64,000 bases of DNA from Lytechinus pictus (GCF_037042905.1 NC_087249.1:9116001-9180000); one strand, 5' to 3'. Positions 24,926-38,417 are shown, numbered from the stretch's first letter. The notes: generated by a model from the sequence alone, not told the origin. Made by a program: numbers and translations.

Positions 24926-26123
24926 CAGAGAAGTGTTTATTTTACATTAAATTATTGTTTGCTATTTCTAGTTCATTGGTCAAGCCTGCCTGATTCCACT
25001 TGGAGGTGATACGCATGCCAGCTGCAGGAATGATGCCGACGTGAAGGCGCCTTCAAACCACATCCAAAGTTGGACTCAGTCTGAGGTGGCGTCGATCAAA
25101 CACAGGAAGGTGATACACATACATGTGTAAGGCGAGCCGCCTCCGACGCCAGCAGTACGCTTTCGGCGCATGTGTATCCCCTCACCTTCATTGATATGTT
25201 TTGCTAATTTATTCTGTTGTATTTACAATTGGACACGTTGGTTAACCTCAGAAGTCTGTTTTTAACTTAGGCCATGGTCTAACCCTGTGTTAAACTAGTT
25301 GGAAGCCATGAGATTCAAACTTGCACAAACTGACTTCCAAAAGAAAATGATTAACCTTTACAAAGGCACTGCAGAAAATCAGGTCAGTCAAAATGAACAG
25401 TATTTTTTGCACAAGCTAGCTTCAATAATCTTTTATACTAAGCACATATCAATAATTAAGAGACTGGTTCAGTCACAGAGAGGCTATAGCCTCTCACATC
25501 AATTGGTTTCAGAATCCAAAGTAAAAAAATGGCAAAGGAAAGACCAATGAAAATGAGATGGGATTAAACCAATTTCCCATCTGAACACTGTGTTTATCTG
25601 TGTGTGGCTGAGATATGCTTGAAACCAATTGATGTGAGGGGCTATAGCATCTCTATCATCGAACCAATCTCTTAATTATTGACACATGCTTAGTAAAGAT
25701 TATAGAAGCTAGCATGTGTAAAAATATCGTTCATTTTGACTGAGTGGAATTTGGGCAGTGCCCTTGTAAAAATTTGATCAGTTTCTTTTGGAACCCAATT
25801 TACATTTCCTATTTTTACTTTGCTCTTTCATCATAACTATTTCAGTAATTATTCCCAGTCGGTTAGGAATGATTTGAGTGTCAAATAAGCTGACAAAATT
25901 AAACTTGTCCCATGAGAGATACTTGTCACACATGGCTATCCATAGTTAGACCAGAGTTTGAATTGAATCAGAGTTCAGAATATGGGCTAAAGGATACAAA
26001 ACCAGCCTGCTTTCGAATGAAGTCGTGTCCGCAGTATCCACGTAGACGCACCCCCTTTTAATCAAACACAAATAAATAAATAGGGAAATGAGCACAAGAT
26101 GACCAGGGTTTAGAAGATGAACA

Positions 26124-26438
26124 TCAGAGGCTTGTCATACTCGCAAGAGGAGCATGAAGGGGGTTACTATAACTGCAAGGACTAGTCCAGGAAGGGGCAA
26201 AGCTGTCAAGACTCCTGGGTGAAGAGGAGGTACAGCTACTCGGGGTCTTCATGGAGGAAGAACGGCCGGCTGCGGAGCAACCTAGGACCTTGGAGTTCTT
26301 GGAGGATGATGATGATGCTGAGCTGATGCTGATGTCGTTATTGTTGTTCTGTGAATCCCCAGTTTCCATGACGACGTGGACGTCTTGATGCTCTTTTCGC
26401 CACGTCCTCCAGACGATGCAGTGGTAGCGTAGTGACAT
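26124..26438 (-). CDS. MARCHF2/3: MARCH2/MARCH3-like E3 ubiquitin ligase, last coding exon
   Basis: ttccacag|ATG acceptor, phase 0. MSLRYHCIVWRTWRKEHQDV matches the MARCH2/3 post-TM2 motif (S[FL]RYHC..Y..WR...Q.V). Ser-rich tail ending SMTSL*. Confidence 0.9.
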   Translation of the reverse strand: MSLRYHCIVWRTWRKEHQDVHVVMETGDSQNNNNDISISSASSSSSKNSKVLGCSAAGRSSSMKTPSSCTSSSPRSLDSFAPSWTSPCSYSNPLHAPLASMTSL

Positions 26439-27689
26439 CTGTGGAACAAGAGAGACAAAAAAATATAGGCCAGAAAATCAAAATCAGTGACAAGCTTGAA
26501 GGAGATCATTCAAAAAGACTGACCAAGAATGAACATATTCTTTGTCATCTCTGAACTGCAATGGAGTCCAAAACCGAAAGACAATTATTGTTTGCACAAG
26601 TATTATCGTTGTTTTTGTTCACTTCTTTGAATATTGTGTAGCATTCATTGCTGATGTTGTCATCATTATCATTTAAAATGATTATAGTTTTCACTATACA
26701 TATTATCATCATCAATATCGTCCATATAATTATGACTACTACAACTGGAACTTTCTTCTTCACAATCATCACAACCATCAAACGATAAATATCATTATCA
26801 TCATTATCATCATCCTTATCATCCTTATCATCATCATCACCATCAATATGAGCATCATCATCACAATCACGTTAGAGAAATTTTCAAATATTGGTTCAAC
26901 ATGCTTACAGCAAAATGAATCCTCACGAAAGAAATGAAAAGGAAATTTTAAAAGAATCAAGTTTTCAGTTTAAATGAATGAAAAATAAATTTAAAAATAT
27001 TAATAGATGTTTACGAATAAAAGAATGGTGTAGGAAATCATTCTCATGGGTTGAAGGTACTTCCTTATTCCAATAATTAGATGGCAGTACAGTAAATAAA
27101 AGTTTCATCTTCATCAAAGAACCACACCCATAATAACTTCATATCTACTGAAGACATACAATATAAACCTCAAAGATTAGTACAAATGAGGTCTCTCCTC
27201 AAATTGGCAATGCTGTGGATTCAATACGGGAACTAGCAATACATGTCATGATAATTCGAATGATACTTTATATCTATATAGATATAAAAAAAATCTTATG
27301 AAACAAACTTTTATAATATTCCAATATTTATATTATACAACTGATATTAAAAGGCAGACATTTAATGATGCAGACTGATAGGACTAAGATCATAAGAAAT
27401 GAGCTCTCCTTTAGTATGACTTTCAAATTGAGCAGACAAAGAACAAAAAAGAATAATCATAAATTACTTGTGACATTCATTAATGCCTGATATGGATGCC
27501 AGGAAATGGGCTGTCAGTTTTTCAATCTTTATCTATTAATATTGTTTAATATTCTCCTTTACATTCAGATCTACCTTCATCGGCAATAACCTCTGTTTTA
27601 TAACAAAAAAAGTTGTAAAACATCATTCCACCCATTTTCTTTTAACAAAAAAAATCAAATCAAGGATCTAGATCACCACTTTTTCTAAT

Positions 27690-28196
27690 ATGCTTTACAC
27701 ACTGCAGTTCTTTAACCCCATACTATCCTTAACCCCGGACTATCCTTACCCCATACTATCTTTTTTCGATTCACACCGTCTTTCTTGACCCAATACTATT
27801 TGCTTAGCCGGGGTTAATGCCTTAACCCCGGACTATCACACAGCTCATGAATATTGATGATTTTACCAGACAGAGCGCGATTAATGTGCAATTTCGACTT
27901 CTGTGATTGGCTAATGCTTAGCCCCACTTTTCCTTTATTAGCCCTTTTTCGTTTCACACTGCATCTCTTAGCACCGCAATTGTGGTGCTAGCACCACAAT
28001 AAGCCGGCAAACCCTGCTTTTTTGCAGGGCCAGATAGTACCGTACTATTTACCGTGCTAGCCCACTTTGCTAAAACAGTGTGAAACGAAGTAGGCTAAGC
28101 TTAACCCGGGAAATTTGTGGGGCTAAGACCCCCCCCCCCCCCTTTGCTCCACCCATTTCCCGGGATTAAGGAAAAAGAGTGCAGTGTGAAAAGCAT
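27690..28196. mobile_element. TIR element with internal ~17-bp ttaacccc(a/g)(t/g)actatcc subrepeats
   Basis: TIR atgctttacacactgca ... tgcagtgtgaaaagcat; repeated ttaaccccatactatcc / ttaaccccggactatc units. Confidence 0.8.
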
Positions 28197-28924
28197 AACT
28201 CTCTTTCTTGATCTGCTTGTAGATCTGTTTCAATCTCTATTTATCTTTGTCTGGCTTTTTTTTGTTCTGTCTACTTGTCTATGTCTATCTCTACTTCACT
28301 TTACCTCTCTCTCTCTCTTCCTGTCACCCAGTCTACTCTATCTATATCCATGTATGTCTGCCTAGCTGTCTCTTGCTCTCTCTCTCTCCCACCCCTCCCA
28401 CTTGCCACACACACTCTACTAGTAGTAGTATTCCATGAGAAATTTTCAGTTCTACTCTCTCTATCCCTGTGTCTACCTATAGATCTGTCTCTTGCTCTCC
28501 CCCCCCCCCCCGACACACTCTGTTACAAGACAACTATTCAGTTCTACTATCTCTATCCCTGTGTCTGCCTAACCTGTCTGTCTGCCCCCCCCCCCCTCAC
28601 ACTCTGTTACAACACAATATTTTCAGTTTCACATAGCTTCCAGGCAAGTGACATTACCCACAATACACCAAGCGTGATTCTTGGATTTCCACAATGAGAT
28701 ATATATACATGTATGGAACATGCAGCACAGACTAATATATCTTGACTGTCCCATTTTTTTGTCCCAGTTATCGTCAAACCGATTGTTGATCTAGCCATGG
28801 CCTTATATCATGGCTAGAACCCTGTTGAAAATGAAATACATTACTAAATGCATGATAGGATGATGGAAATTGAATATACTGGAATAAAGGCAGAGTACCG
28901 CTTTTAAACAAATGTTTTGCATTG

Positions 28925-29075
28925 TTAGCATCATCATTATTATAATCATTATTAAAATTATCATCATCACCATCATTATTATCATTATCTTCCTCATTAT
29001 CATCATCATCATCATCATCATCATCACCATCACCACCACCATAACCACCATAATATCACCATTATCATATTATCA
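28925..29075. repeat. (ATC/ATT/ACC)n microsatellite
   Basis: Directly visible. Confidence 0.9.
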
Positions 29076-31234
29076 TCTCTTTGGATTGGGTCAAGTTAAA
29101 GTAGACTTGGGATATAAAAGTTTCACAAAATAAATTATATGATCAGAAATCAGGATTACAGTCAGATACATAATGTGCATGGATCATGTGCAGCAATGAT
29201 AGCATGTACACCAATTCCAACATGAACAGTGAAATAGCAAATTATTTCATTATTTCTAGTTTACAGAAAAAAATATGAAAATAAAAGGTTTGAAATCAAT
29301 AAGCAGGCACAATATACTTTCAACAAAGACTGAACATGATTATGCTTGTTATATTTCCAGAGCATTAGGAAAGGTTTTTTTTCCAATTAACTTCCTGGCT
29401 CAGTCTGTGGTTTGTATGAATTATAAAGAGGATAACTGATGGGAAATTCTAAAACATAATAAATACGTCACACACCTTAGCTAGTCAGAGACATGAAAAA
29501 CAGAGAAACTGGGTTATTGTATGTTTAACATTGTCTGGTGCCCTCCAAATTATCATTAATGAGGCAAGTGCCGTTTGGACAACGTTTCCCTACGTGCAAA
29601 GTTTCTTCTATGCCATGTTTTCTCTCTCTTGAATTCTCCCTCTCTGCATCCCACTCTCTCCCTCTCTCTCTCTGTATATACATGTATGTATATATATATA
29701 TATATATCTCTCTCTCTCTCTTTTCCCCTTTTGTTTTTCTTTTTCTTTCTCTTTGTACAGATTCATACTAAATTGAAAGAAAAAAAATGTGAAGAAGTAA
29801 ACATGTGACATACAGAAACAAGCAAAAATATTGATAAATAGTAAATACAGCATTAGTATCTGCATTATTGATCCAGTAATTACCAAGGTGCAGATATCAG
29901 GGATCAATTGGAATTCAAATCAGAATGACTACTGCATGTATTACCATTCCATACCACCAATAGTGTTTGATGATATAGATACTGTATGAATAAACAGTGA
30001 AAGAGACCAATGGAGGTGCAATGGGATTAAACAGTTTTCCAGGTTTCACTTCATCCACAATATCATTTTTTATAAGAAACCTTACCCTTTAAACAATCCC
30101 ATTTACTTTCAAACTTATCAGATGACACAGGAGATAAATATCATACATTCTGTATCTATAACTCAACTCTTGAGGACATATCATCCGAGCTGAACAAAAT
30201 CATAATGGCTGCTGACAGTGTTGGCACAGAGGCTGATGAAAAACAGCCACTTCAAACTGCCATCTCTACTTGTGACCAGACACGAGATGAATTTATATAA
30301 ATTGTTGATATGCTATCACGGTGAGGGCCTCTGGACCTATTCTGCAAACTACATGTGCATGCACGTCTGCATGAAAGAAAGACGTTACTTTGTAGAGAAA
30401 TGTTGTATTATAAGCATAAATGGGGTAATAAGGGGTTGGTATAGATACCACTGCTCCTATATTATCTCTCGATTCACCAATCCTCTCCCCCTCCCGATCC
30501 CTGCCACCCCCCTTTCTCCCCCCCTTCCTCTCCTCTTGGACTCTCTCTCCTTTTCCGCTCCCCCTTCTCCCTGCCCCCTCATATCATCCCATCTCTCGGA
30601 GAAAAAAAAATGAAATAAGTCGAGATCATTCAAGCATTGCATGTCACGCTTCAATGATCACAGAAAGGTGAAATACGCATTATCCCATGATTAATCATTA
30701 AATCTCCAACTAGGCGCAAAATAAAGGCCATACTTTCTTTTTCATTTGTTTACCGGTAATTCATTCCAACAGGAAATGAAATATGAATCTGATGGAACCC
30801 ATGTCAAAAACAGCCTGATTATTCGCCTAAATCGTTGGAGGAAATGCACAGTACCGATTGAAATACTAAAAGTTGCATATCAAATGGAAGGATATCATCT
30901 CTCCTATATGAAATAAGTCATGATCATTGAAGCACTGCATCAATGCCATGCTTCAATGATCACAGCAAGGTCTGAACATATATATGCATTATCTCATATG
31001 ATTCAGAATCATTCATATATGACTGATCACAATTTGCAACTAGGTGCAAAACAAAGGCTACATTTTCTTCCTCATTCATATAACTCATTATATTTAATGA
31101 TAGCTATGTTAGGAATATTTCGGTTCCAGCATTGCTCATCTTCTCATTCGGCATTGTTATATGAAGTGTACAAATAATTCCATGTAGCACATACTGTACA
31201 TCCTCATTTTTTCTCTCATTAGCTCCTCACTCTA

Positions 31235-32614
31235 CAGTGCGTATCAAAAAAAACGGGACAGATTTGAAAAGTCTAAAAAAAAAAATTTCAAATAATGTTG
31301 TCTATATTTTGGTGTTAATAGATGCTCTAAGGTCTTATCTTTGAAATGTAATTTAAAAAAATAAATTTTATTCATGCTTGAGCGAACACGGGACGTTTTT
31401 GTTGGGGGTTCAAAAAGAGGCTTGCGCCAGAATTGCAGAATATGTGTAATACAATGATCAGACTTCTTGCTAATCAGGAGACTTCCTCTTGACCTTTTCA
31501 TTATCTGTGCCACAATTTTCAAATTATGCTGTCAAATTTCATTTACTAAGTTATTTATTTAATTGAATTATTTTGTTTTTTCATTTAAACTTCTCTTACC
31601 TTTTAATTTTCCTTCATAAGTAGCTGAGAAAAGAAGATTTTTTTTTGTCAACCCAAGCAAGAAGATTTGAATTATTAATTGGGAAAACTTGTGATTATTC
31701 AAATCGTTTTTTTATGTGAAACAAATTATGTTATGTACCTTTAAAAGACATGAATCTATTTTTTAATGGGTCATTAATTCCTTGACCAAGTTTAATTGCT
31801 TGACAGGAAACACAGGAAGGGATTCATGTCTTTCAATGACAATGGTGTATTGAGTCAATTTTGAAGGAGCTAGATATGGCAGATCGGGTAAAATGTATTA
31901 AAAAGTTGTGAGCGAGCGAAGTGAGCACGCAAATATTCCCACTTTTTTTAATGACAATATCAAATTTTGTGATAGATTTTGACATAATATTTAGAAAATA
32001 ATATCATATTTTACTTTCTATCTTTCCTTTTATTTCCTGTCCACTTTTTTTCTTGGTCCTGATTTTTTTAATTGAGGGGGGGGGGGGGGGAGCAACCCGA
32101 CCGCCCGCCCATCTGTGTGGCTTTGTTCAAAAGGCACCATAACCTTTGTAGCACATAATGAAAGGATTTGAATTAAAAATCCATGCTCTCCCATAATTAG
32201 GTTGAAAAAAAATAATTTTAGCTTGAAGAAGGAATATTCAAAGCTAACAGAGAGCATATTAAAAAGAAATAACAGAATAATTCAAGCAAATAAATAGATC
32301 TGATAATGAATTTTGACCGCATGATTTGAAAATTATGGCAAAGATAATGAAAAGGTTAAGAGGAAGTCTGCAAATTAGCAAGAAGTCTGATCATCATATT
32401 ACTCATATTCTGCAATTCTGGCGCAAGCCTCTTTTTGAACCCCCAACAAAAACATCCCGTGTTCGCTCAAGCATGAACAAAACTAAACTTTTTTAATAAC
32501 ATTTGAAAGACAAGACCTTAGAGCACCTATTAACACCAAAATATAGACATAATCATTTGAAACAAAAATTTTATAGACTTTTCAAATCTGTCCCGTTTTT
32601 TTTTATACGCACTG
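31235..32614. mobile_element. Non-autonomous Tc1/mariner-like element, 1.38 kb, with ~300-bp TIRs
   Basis: TA|cagtgcgtatcaaaaaaaacgggacagatttgaaaagtcta ... tagacttttcaaatctgtcccgtttttttttatacgcactg|TA. TA duplication and CAGTG ends; no transposase ORF. Confidence 0.9.
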
Positions 32615-33441
32615 TATAACCATCTCCTTTCCTTCCCTTTCTTCTTTTGCCCCCTCTTCCCCCCCCCCCCCCCCCCTCCAAATACCATTTCAAAAAGCCT
32701 TTTCTTTTCAAAGGGAACTTTACTACCCACAAGATAAATAGGCCTATACAATTGAAAGTGAAATACCAAGTACAAGGCCAATTAATCATTCAAAGTGCAT
32801 ATGATAGGTCCATTTTACACTCAGGAAACATTTGGGGATGAATTTCAAGACAAACTCACTTTATAGTCTTCCTGAATTACAAGTATCTGACGGAAGTGGA
32901 GTTCCCAAGAATACAGTAATGTAATGAATGGATGGAAAAATGAATGTATTAATGAGAGAGGAAACGCCTCATTCTGTATGAAGCAGTAAAAAGGGAAATA
33001 TTTTCTAAGGCCCATAGACTGTAGTTCTCTTGTTTGCATACATGCTTTGCCATATGATTTTGTCTCTGACTATTCATTCACTTATATTTTTACCAAAGAC
33101 CTTTGTAGGGGGTCAACTTTGTGCCCATAACAGGAGAGTGGTTTTAAGTTGTAAACATATCTTTGTGAAATCATGAAACCTTAGCTCAAAACCGATAATT
33201 TTGATCATCACTAAAACAGAAAGCATATATGGGACAGTGCATTAATATTGCTTGGAAAAATACCAGACATTTGATAGAATTCTGTGCTTATTTTGCTCGT
33301 TTCTCAGCAATTACACATTTTCTCCCAGAGCCACTTTGCATATATTTTCTATTTATACATACAAACACTTGGGTGGTAATTTTATTGTATCCTGTTCTAA
33401 ATCAGTTTGAGATCATTTACCACAACTGGTAGTTATCTCTG

Positions 33442-33997
33442 CCGGGGGGGGGGGGGGGGGGGGGTCTTCCATTGACGAGTGGATACCAGGCGTGACCAAA
33501 GAAACCTGTAAAAAGGATCTCTTTTTCCAGATTGGGCATGTTACGTCCTAACGTAATAAGGGTGTCAAAAACACTAAACTACCGAAAAGAGGGTATATTT
33601 CGCAAGGAAAGCTACGTGTTTACGGTCAAATTTAAGAGGGTATAAACAAGACTAAAATGCTTTAAAAAGAATGTACCTTTTGCCCCAACACTATGTGTTT
33701 AGAGTCTGATTTGAGCGAGGGGTGGGGCTACACCCAATATAAGTAAATTAAGGTAAAGCTGACGTCCGTGACATAACAATTTAAATATCGCTGTACTTGT
33801 TTAGGGAGTCAATTCAGGGAATATTTGTCAAGGGTACTGTTTTGTTTCCAATACTCGTTAAGGGTAGGGTTTCACACGCCAATTCTTGTTAAGAGGTGCA
33901 TTTTCAGAAGATGGAAAATACTTGTTTAGGGTGCTATTCGAAATCCCATGGTCACGCCTGGTATCCACTCGTCAATGGTAGTGCCCATCCCCCTGGG
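33442..33997. mobile_element. Unclassified TIR element with CC(G)n termini
   Basis: ccattgacgagtggataccaggcgtgacca ... tggtcacgcctggtatccactcgtcaatgg (30-bp perfect inverted match); agttatct on both flanks. Confidence 0.85.
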
Positions 33998-34994
33998 AGT
34001 TATCTTTAAGGCCTACCTCCCAAGTTTCAAAATCACTATGATACCACATTATAGTGCTTTTTAAAATTTGGATACGAAACAAGTATCGTTACGTACAAAT
34101 GTTAGTCCTATTATGAATATTAGACACAGGTTTCCTTTGTTACACTGCCTAAAATGTATCTATATTGAAACAGGTCCCAACATAGTAATGCATGTCTTTT
34201 ATGACCCCACCAATGACACAACTGTTCTTCATTGGTAAAGCACAAAGATAAGAAATCAGTGATTATACCAACATGATTGTAATGGGGAGCTGAACGGGAA
34301 AACGTCCCATACATAAGGTAGTAAATACATGCATGTCTAAAAGGTTCAGAAGGCCTGTGTCTGTGTTTTTATGCATTTTCCAAGTTTGTAATACCAAAGA
34401 CTTTTTAGGATAGGTTAGACATGGCACATTTTTCTCCTCCCCCCCCCCCCCCAACACATCCCAAATTCATGACTCTCAACCTCAAATAATTATATTAATT
34501 CCTTTCCTTTATTTCCTCAAGCGTCTGAGATGAAAAGCCAAGGTTTCAGGCACCTTCTGGGTATGATGTCTTGGGGTGCGTTCACGCTACTTTCTAAAGC
34601 TGGAATCATCCATGCAATTTACACGACACGTGGGGATAGCATTCGATCCATTTTAAATAAATGCTGATTCTCTACCAGTTGCATAGTTTGACCCAGGATG
34701 CAAAGGTCAATTTCGAGTGCATTGCTATGCAAGTCCGAAATGGGAGCGCATACCTTAATGTTATAATCGAATCGTAATTGAGACCTACGTTTCTTCAATT
34801 TTCTTTATCTCTGGTTCTACAAAATCATGCATCTTTTTCAACATTTCATGTTGCACTTTAAAAGACTTTTGAAAAAAAAAATTTATCTAGAACACAAATG
34901 CATGGTAAAATAATATTAATAATAACAGCAAAAACAACAATAATAATATCATTTATGAGGTACTCATTATCTAGTGGCCTTTTCAACTGTGCAC

Positions 34995-35190
34995 TTTACC
35001 CAAGCTTCAGCTCCAGCTGCTAAAGGTGCTTAGTGCATTCAAGGAATTAATCCTGCCGGGTACCCATTTGCCTCACCTGGGTAGAGTGCAGCTCAATTTG
35101 AATCAATTTTCGCCATGACTGGTACTCAAACCCACGACCCTCTGTTTCAAAGGTTCGAGTCACAACCGCCAGACCACTAAGCTCCACACG
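34995..35190 (-). mobile_element. tRNA-derived SINE (diverged, internally deleted)
   Basis: Shares ttcaaggaattaatcctgccgggtacccatt...cacctgggt and cccacgaccctctgtttcaaa with the other copies. Confidence 0.8.
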
Positions 35191-38161
35191 TAAATAAAGC
35201 ATCTCAAAATCTGTCGTTGTAAGGGAATATAAATGATTGCTTGAACAGATATTCCACTCTTTCAACACCCCAACCGTTAAAATGTTATATAGATTCTACC
35301 CCATAAGGCCATAACTGATGTTAATTTGCCATAAAGGGTAGAAGAGGGAGGGATGGATAATTAGAAGAGGGACCTTGGGGCCTAGCGAACACCAGGAAAA
35401 AAACACATGTCAAGGTTCCCTATTAACTCTTCTTAAGGTAAAGGCTTTTTAGAGCTGCATGTATCTTTCAAAGGTAGAAGTATTGCTTTAAGCTCAGGAA
35501 AAATTATATCTGATTGACCTCTATCTTGTAGAATCTAAATGTTTGTTTATTACTTCTTATGATTTTGTATTAGTTGCTTTCATTCTTTTCTTTTTAACTT
35601 TGCTTAAATTTAATTTCATTCTTTATTTTTTAACAGTTTCATTAACATTTTCATAATTTTTGTTTTAGTTTTTAGCTTATTCATCTTTTTATTTCATATT
35701 ATTTCAGTTGTTTTTTCATAATTTGAAAAAAAAATTGTTTATTTATTTGTTTAGTTTATTTACAATTATTATCTTTTTTGGGGCGAAGGTTTTAATTAAG
35801 AGAGGATTTAAGTTTTTACAGCTTGAATCTACGAGGAGGCAAATACTTGATAATCAGCAAAATTTGCACAGGTATTCTGTCAGTACTTCGCAACTGGGTC
35901 TTTATCTAACACCTTTGCGTTTTTAACTGCATTAGCCCAAAACAGCCATACGCAACCTAATGCAGCAAACTATGCAGGCTTGCAGCAAAATATTTGGTTG
36001 TAATCTGACTTTTGCCTACAAGCTTTGTCGGAGCTTGTACAAAGTTGAACGCAGTAAAGCAAGGTGATGCGAGCTAATAAAGCGAGATGAATCGAGCACT
36101 AACGCTTTGCTAATGCCTATGTAAGCCAATTGCTGTTGCCCGTTGTTATTCATTTTCATGCGTCCTCACCTCATTTACCTGTCTCCATGATCGTATGGAT
36201 TTTGGTTGAGTTTGACTGCATTTGTCCGAAGCTGAACGCAATCCCATAAAGCAAAGGTGTGAGCCAGGCTAAAGGTACAAGTACGTTCCTGCTCACATGT
36301 GCTTATCTGCGTTGATGATTTCCAGCCTGCTTGGTTTCGCCTCGTTTTCTTTCCCCAGTTGGGCTAGCTAAAACCACGTAAGAACTTACTAGATGATAAA
36401 TGTTTGAATGAATTCAACTTGATTTGATTTTAAAGACCTTTTTCTTAAAATAAATGTTCACTGTGACATCACATGTTGGCCTTTAATGTCATTATTGAAT
36501 TCAAGCCGTAAAACTGCAGTCACTATAATAATATTTGCTCATTTCATGATGAGCATGCATGGAGCTAGCATACAAAAATGATGATAATAGATCACATGAC
36601 CAAGTCAGTGCTCATCCAACGCAATAGCGAAAAAAAAAACTTCCATCAACGTGTTATCTCAGAAATGCATATTTGATGAGAGCTAGACAACATTCCAGAT
36701 GAATTTTCAACGTTGATCCTGCTCACATCCAGGGACTCCTTCGTCTGTCGTCAGTGAATGCGTAATTCATGTAGCCTACGGTATAGACACATTGCCATGG
36801 CAACCAGACAATTGGAGTTTATCATTGTTGCCACCCTAGTTTACAAATTTGTTCCAAGTGTGGCAAATGTCTTTACAAATCGTCTGGCAATCGGCGGTCT
36901 AGTGTACCTGGGGAATGACGTTTGCGCTTCACTCGCGCTCGGGGAAGCTGCCAGCCGGGCATGTAATTCTCCTGCTCGATCAGGTGTCGGGATTGATTAG
37001 GTTTAGACGGAGCAGATCAAGGTCTCGGGTATAGGGTTTGCTCACGGTTGCCAATTGACAGATGGATACTGATTAATCATTATTCAAACAAGCAAATATT
37101 CATTGAGCAATCAATTAATGTATTTAGGGGTGAAGAAGGGTAAGTTTGTCAAAAACTGACAAACATGTTCTCCCCCCCCCCCCCCCCCCCCCCCCCGCCT
37201 TGAGGTGTAGAAACAGACATTAATACCGAAAGTTTTACTAATCATATTTGGTGTGAATTCGTTTTTATAACAAAATCGTGTGTCAAAAAGAAAAAAAAAT
37301 ACACGCAGGCTTAATTAATTTTTTATTTTTTTCTATACAGTTTGGAAAAGTGGATATCAAAGCTGGAATAAAATAATGATATGAAATTTCAAAACTGATA
37401 AAAAAAAATTGATATTGACAATATTTTAAGTCCTTTAAAAATGCTTGCATCTCAACCTTAGGATGCTCAGAACTTTAATCTTGACACTGGGGACAAACAG
37501 TCTCAACTATTTACCAATTTTATGATTTGTTTTTTACCTTTATACTGACCTATAGATGCATACTGAAAATGTAGTGGGATAAAAGGAGAAAATTCAATTT
37601 ACTCTAAAATATCATCATCTAATGATAGTTCATACAAGTCCGACAAAATAAAAGAGTGAATGATGAAGTCAGTTTTTCAAAAGAATGCTCCTGAACGCCA
37701 CAACACTCTAGTAAATTCCATCAGCCCCCCCCCCAAAAAAAAAAAAAGAATCATGAAAGAAATCGGCTCTTTAGCCCTTACAATCGGATTAATGTTGAAT
37801 ACCATTTTGGGAACGATAGATAAATGAAACAGGAAAATAACCATCTGTTCTTTTCATCTGCAAATTAACTCTTTGCATACTGAATGGATTTTTTGTTTGG
37901 GGGGGTTATAATGACAACTGTTTTAATGTTATTTTCTTTGAAGATTTCTACATTGCACCATTGATACTCATGTTTTTTTTTATAGATGCTATCCAAGAAC
38001 TATTGTAATTTATAAACTTCTCCATTATGTATGTAAAGGAGAAAACTAATTATTACAATTGTGTAATTCTACAAAAGTGCAACATCCGCACGCAAAGGTT
38101 TAAACACAGACACACACCCACACGCACAAAAAAAGAGAGTACAATCAATACTATATCTTAC

Positions 38162-38377
38162 CAGGCTCCAGAACAGATATATAAAGATGAGGACGGTTGC
38201 CAAGGTAACAAGCCCCATGCCCTCCCAGCCACGCCCTTCGTAGTAGTTGAGGTAATGGTAGGCTCCGTTGACACACAGCCAGGTGGAGATACAGACCAAT
38301 GGGGTGAGGAGAGTGAAGCAGCTACAGTCTACCAGGATGTTGCGTCTGTCACGGATACGCTCGGGCTGCTGGATCCA
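38162..38377 (-). CDS. MARCHF2/3: MARCH2/3-like exon with two transmembrane helices
   Basis: cttcag|TGG acceptor and CTG|gtaaga donor. Encodes WIQQPERIRDRRNILVDCSCFTLLTPLVCISTWLCVNGAYHYLNYYEGRGWEGMGLVTLATVLIFIYLFWSL, matching the MARCH2/3 D..CF...TPL..IS.WLC..GA motif. Confidence 0.94.
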
Positions 38378-38417
38378 CTGAAGGGTCAGAAATCATTTTA
38401 ATTTTTAGGGGGCTATA

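Larger units (their letters stand above)
18030..26123 (-). other. Probable long 3' UTR of the MARCH2/3-like gene (end uncertain)
   Basis: Strand bias flips (A/C-rich on +). Minus-strand AATAAA candidates (tttatt on +) at about 18030, 18570, 18690, 18783 and 21875. Confidence 0.4.

Noticed and set aside
38027..38401. 124-aa plus-strand ORF
   Set aside because: Antisense shadow of the MARCH transmembrane exon.
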